Positions 59,123-64,000 of a stretch of DNA of 64,000 nt are shown here, one piece after another; within the stretch, counting starts at the first letter, position 1, and the number at the start of each line of letters is the position of its first letter. Position numbers and translations under genes: made by a program. The notes below the pieces were generated by a model. It was not told the origin of the DNA. It saw nothing but the letters and a program-made list of their open reading frames with translations, and made no database searches. This DNA is from Takakia lepidozioides (lineage: Eukaryota > Plantae > Bryophyta), in the NCBI GenBank assembly GCA_030704615.1, contig CM060734.1:30504001-30568000 (forward strand), written 5' to 3'.

Positions 59123-62100
59123 ACATGACTCGGGCGACCACGGAGCTGTCGGAAGATACCATCAGTCGCTTGGTGGAAGCGGTGGTCGCCAGGACTTGCA
59201 AGGTAGGCAAATTTTCTTGTGAGTTGTATCAGGAAACTGGCGCCTTACGAAAAGGGAGTCAGTTATTGTTCGTGGATGGGATAATATCCGGAACTAATGT
59301 GTCGTTGTTGGTGGACACAGGAGCGTCGCACTCCTTCATGACACCGGCAACGACACAAAAGCTGGGACTCCCGACAAGTGACGTGGGGGCCTCTATTGAG
59401 GTGCGTTCTGCCAAAGGAGAACCACAGTTGGCGACAAGGTTGGCGTTTGATGTTCCTCTTCAACTGGGGAGTTGGGAGGGACGTGAGAACTTCACCATCT
59501 GCGAGATCGATGGAGTAGATCTCATTTTGGGGATGACATTTTTGAGCAAATCCGGAGCGGTCATAGATGGCCGCAAGAGAGTAGTCACGCTGCCATGTGG
59601 GAATGGTGGCGAGGTCTTACGAGTGTCGGAAACGTCCAAATCCGTGGGAGGGCGAATAAACCTTCTGTCAGCAAGGGAGTGGGCCGTGGAGGAGGCACAT
59701 GAACCCCAGTTTTTGCTTTACATTAGAGAAATGAAGGGAGAAGGCGATGGGGAGCCGAGCCCAGTTTGGATCAAGGGGATTTTGGAGAAATATCAGGATG
59801 TGATGCCGGAGGATTTACCAAGCGGCTTGCCATCGCGAAGAGGAGTTGACCACAAGATTGAGGTGATACCGGGAACGGAACCGCCTGCCAAGGCATCCTA
59901 CCGGTTGAGCCACAGGGAGTTGGTCGAGTTGAAGACTCAGCTCAAGGATCTAATGTCAAAGGGGTACATCCGGCCGAGTAAGTCACCTTACGGAGCCCCG
60001 GTGCTATTCGCAGACAAGAAGGATGGGACGCTGCGGATGTGTGTTTATTACAGGGCTCTGAATAAGGTGACTATCAAAAACCGGTACCCTTTGCCAAGGA
60101 TCGACGACCTCTTCGATCGGTTGGCAGGAGCGAAGTATTTCAGCCGGATCGACTTGCGCTCCGGCTATCATCAAATTTGGGTGGCGGAAGGAGATGAGGA
60201 GAAGACCGCGTGCAGGACAAGGTATGGTTCATATGAGTTCTTGGTGATGCCTTTTGGGCTCACCAATGCACCAGCGACATTTAGCACGCTGATGAACAGC
60301 CTTTTTCAGGAGTGGTTGGATGACTTTGTGATCGTGTACATCGACGACATCTTGGTGTACTCGAAAACAAAGGAGGAGCACCTGGAGCACCTCAAAAGGG
60401 TGTTCCAAAAATTGCGAGAAGGGAAGCTGTATGCCAAAGCTTCAAAGTGCGAATTCGGGGTCACAAAAGTGGAGTTCTTGGGGCATGTGATTACACAGGA
60501 TGGGATCAAAATGGATGACAGAAAGGTGAGGGCGATCTTGGACTGGGAGCCTCCGACTTCGGTCCCGGGAGTGCGATCCTTCCTAGGACTCGCCTCCTAT
60601 TACCGGAAGTATGTGAGAAATTTCGCCAAGATCGCGGGGCCGCTGTCGGACCTTCTGTGTAAATCCAAAGTCTGGGTATGGAATACATTTTGTGGCTAAG
60701 CTTTTGCTGAATTGAAGCAGCGGATGGCGGAAGCTCCAGTCTTGAAAATCCCGAAGTTCGATCGTCCATTTGAGATTCATACAGATGCGTCGGACTTCGC
60801 GATTGGGGGTGTACTTATGCAAGATGGACGTCCAGTGGCTTACGAAAGTAAGAAACTGAATGAAGTGGAGCGACGGTGGCTGACGCACGAAAAAGAGATG
60901 AAGGCGGTGGTGCATTGCCTCGAGCTTTGGCGCCACTATGTTGGTTCCAACCCAGTGAAGGTGTTCACGGACAATGTCACAGTGAAGTATTTTGCCACGC
61001 AGCCCAAGTTATCCCCAAAACAACTTAGGTGGCAAGATACTTTGGCGGTGTTCGACGTGGATATCCAGTACAAACCGGGACGGGACAATGTGGTGGCCGA
61101 TGCTTTAAGTAGAAAGCAGCAGCTCCTGTTGGTGTACAGGGGCGAGACGGCACTCCAAAGGAAGATCCGGAAGGCTTGCCGGAAGGATGAGCTGGCGAAG
61201 TCCGTGATGCAGGACTTGAGGATGGGGGGTAAATCGCAGTTCCACTTGCAAAATGGACTGCTCCGGTATAAGCAAAAGCATCTCTACGTGCCGAAGGGAG
61301 GGATCAGAGATAGCCTCTTGAGAGAATGCCATGATAGCCCGCTTGCGGGCCACGGCGGAGCCAAGCGCACTGCGGCACTCTTGAAGAAAGAGTATTTCTG
61401 GCCCAAACTGAGGGAGGAGGCAGAGGAGTATGTCAAGACATGCACCACATGCCAACAAAACCGGAGTGAGTACAAAAAGCAATCGGGGCTGTTACAACCT
61501 TTGCCGATTCCAGAGGGGACTTGGGAAAGCGTCTCGATGGATTTCATGACTGCTATGCCGCTGTCAAAAGGATTCGATGCAACACTTAGACGCGGCAGAG
61601 TTCTGTTATAATAACACAGAACACTCCGCCACGGGAGTTTCCCCTTTTGTATTGGTCCATGGAAAAGCACATCTGGTGCCGACATGTTGGGCCGCCCATG
61701 ACGTTGAGGAACCGGCAGTAGCGGCAGTACTGGAAGAACGCGAGCGTTTGTTGAAGCTTGCAAAGTACAATATTGCCAAAGCTAGGAAACGGTATGAAAG
61801 GCAGGCGAATCGGAAGCGGAGGGAAGTGAAGTTTGAGGCAGGCACAGAGGTCTGGTTGAACATCAAGAATTCCGACTACCTCCGGAAGTGAGTCCGAAGT
61901 TCGTACCTCCGTATGCGGGACCCTTTCGCATTCGGAAGGTTATGAATGAGGATGTGTATGAATTGGAGCTGCCGGCAAACAGCAAGGTGCACCCAATATT
62001 CCATGTCTCCCTTTTGAAGCCTTACTTCAAAGATGAAGCGCGTCCGAATCGGCATCAAGTGTTGCGTCCGCCACCTATGCTGTTGGATCATGAAAATGAA

Positions 62101-62286
62101 CCTGAGTACGAGGTGGAGGCAATACTTAAATCGAGGAGGTTCAGGAACCGAGAAACGGAGTATCTCGTCAAATGGAAGGGCTATCATCATGTGGAGGCAT
62201 CTTGGGTGCGTGCCTCAGAAATGGGAAACGCATCCGAGGCGGTTGCAGCTTTCGAAGGGCGACCTCAAAAGCGGAAGAAGCGTTGA
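59089..62286 (+). pseudogene. pol: Pol (protease, RT, RNase H, integrase, chromodomain), disrupted
   Basis: Motifs [51 protein letters not shown] and EYEVEAIL..YLVKWKGY. Lesions: stop at 60697-60699, integrase-core deletion near 61580, frameshift near 61870-61890. Confidence 0.93.
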
Positions 62287-63427
62287 TGGGGACATCAACC
62301 TTGGAGCGTGGGGGAGGAAATGCATGCTTAGCCCGGCTTAGCTAGCTTAGGAATCCGATTACAAAAACTTGTATTGTACAAAAATTTGTTATAAAGGAAA
62401 TGGGTTCCAAATGTTGTGCGTCCTATTTTTGTTTGGAATGGTGATGCATGGTATGGTTGGCTAGTGTGTAGAATGCATGCTAGCTTATAAAAGTGGGAGA
62501 GGTAAATTGGGTTAATCGTGTGTTTTGCGTAGTGCCGAAATCGGGTGACCCCCATCCAAGGGGCAAGGAAACTTGCGCCTTCTTTGGGAGTTCACGTGCT
62601 AGTGCGCACCTGGCGCGTGCGCGTACTATAACCGCGCTACCGAGGGGGTTTCCTTGTAGTGCGGGCTAACGCGGAAGCTACGTGCTTCGTTCACGTACTA
62701 TAATCGTGTAGCCTCGGGACGAAGTCGTAGTGCGGCTTCGTGTGTTCCCGTACCTCAGGCCAGCATTCCAAGGCGGACCCATTGTAGTGATTGGGGCGCA
62801 CGATTGGTTCAAGGTTATCTTCCTAGTCAAAGAGGGTTCCAGGTGAACCCTTGCTCAAGGTGATGCCAGAAGCGGCATCATGAGCGATCGCAAGCAATGT
62901 TGTTGCAGTAAGGCGATTCGATCCTCAGGGAGGATCGTTCCTTGGCCCCAGTTTCTTTCCTTGTTCCCAGAACAGTCTGCGCTTGCATGAATGACGCTCT
63001 TTCATTTTCCTTTCACAGGACATGTCCCTTGAGGACATTGCGGATATGCCGTCCTGCAATCTGGCATAAAGCGTTCACGCCGCCTAGAAGCAGCAATCTG
63101 GCAAAGCAGGAAGAGATCTGTACATTGCTACAATAGATGATCTGGTACGAGCTCTAACCCAGCAAACAAGATATCGTGACTTCCTCAGGGGGCGATGTGG
63201 GGGCAAGGGACCAGGAGCTGGAGAGGCTCCACCCTTGGCCGGGACTTGGAGGAATTCGGCCGAACTAGCTAGTGGAGAGTAGAGTCAAGTGTGGGGTTTG
63301 GTTCTTTGTCATGGGACGCCATGGTACGGAAACAAACTCCTTGATGTGGGACGCCACAACTTGGATGTTCGTTTCTACAAAATGGACAAGTCGATGAGGA
63401 CATCGACTCCCTGTTGGTAAGGGTGTG

Positions 63428-64000
63428 TGTCGCGGCCCTTTGCCTTGAGGGCAGGGGGTCGGGACAAATGAGGGGCTGCCCCTGTGGTGGGGGCAGCGGC
63501 AGCGATAGGTATGGGGGGCTGAAGCACCCTTGAGTGCCCAAGGCACTCAAGGAGGCGGTGGCGCTCACTAGGTGGAGCCCCGCACACCGGGTTGCGGTGG
63601 GGGTGGCTCCACAAGGGGTGGTGGTAGCTTTAGCGGGACTTAGTGGGGGTGGCATAGGACTCACCATGGGGGCGGAGACCTCGTGGTGGGAGTCGTGGGG
63701 AGTCTTGGGACTCATCACGGTCCATAGGGGCCGTGGTGAGCGGGCCAAGACTCACCGCGACTCATCCCGGGAGTCGAGGGTTTTCGTGGTGGTTCGCCAT
63801 AAAATGGCATGGCTGGTTGTGAAACCCCGCGGACAGCTACAGAAGTATATATAGGGAGTAGTAACCCGAGAACGGTGCAAGCCCGTTGGTGACCAAAATC
63901 TAGTGAGTAAGCGAGCGAGCCGGAAAGCGACCAAAGAGTGGGGAGCTGTTCCGGACTGCCATCTACCAAAGGGAATTCCACTAGTCCCAAATAGGTGGAG
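63428..64000 (+). repeat. 3' LTR (truncated by window)
   Basis: Matches the 5' LTR and is preceded by purine-rich GGTAAGGGTGTG. Confidence 0.95.

Larger units (their letters stand above)
57262..64000 (+). mobile_element. Ty3/gypsy chromovirus (Galadriel-like), defective
   Basis: 5' LTR 57262-57987 (TGTCGCG...CGCGACA), tRNA-iMet PBS, gag-PR-RT-RH-IN-chromodomain order, and a 3' LTR from 63428 to the window end. Confidence 0.95.

Overview
Eukaryotic nuclear DNA, most likely from a seed-free land plant such as a bryophyte. The evidence is intron-containing plant genes, a Replitron and a bryophyte-type Ty3 gag. Two host genes look intact: NAA40 (10606-14753) and a conserved plastid-type protein gene (33544-35369, minus strand). 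Most other recognisable genes are disabled: a three-exon villin fragment, an Em/LEA gene, an SPL2-type RING E3 ligase, two tandem ELIP genes and probably a coiled-coil gene. The window carries many mobile elements. These include a Ty3 element nested in a Replitron HUH transposon, three copies of a tail-less LINE 3' end and a Galadriel-like chromovirus with an inverted LTR fragment beside it. There are also solo LTRs, hAT and mariner-like MITEs, SINEs, and two unclassified elements (about 15460-17386 and 17390-23227) encoding proteins I do not recognise. All calls come from manual reading and translation; no searches were run.
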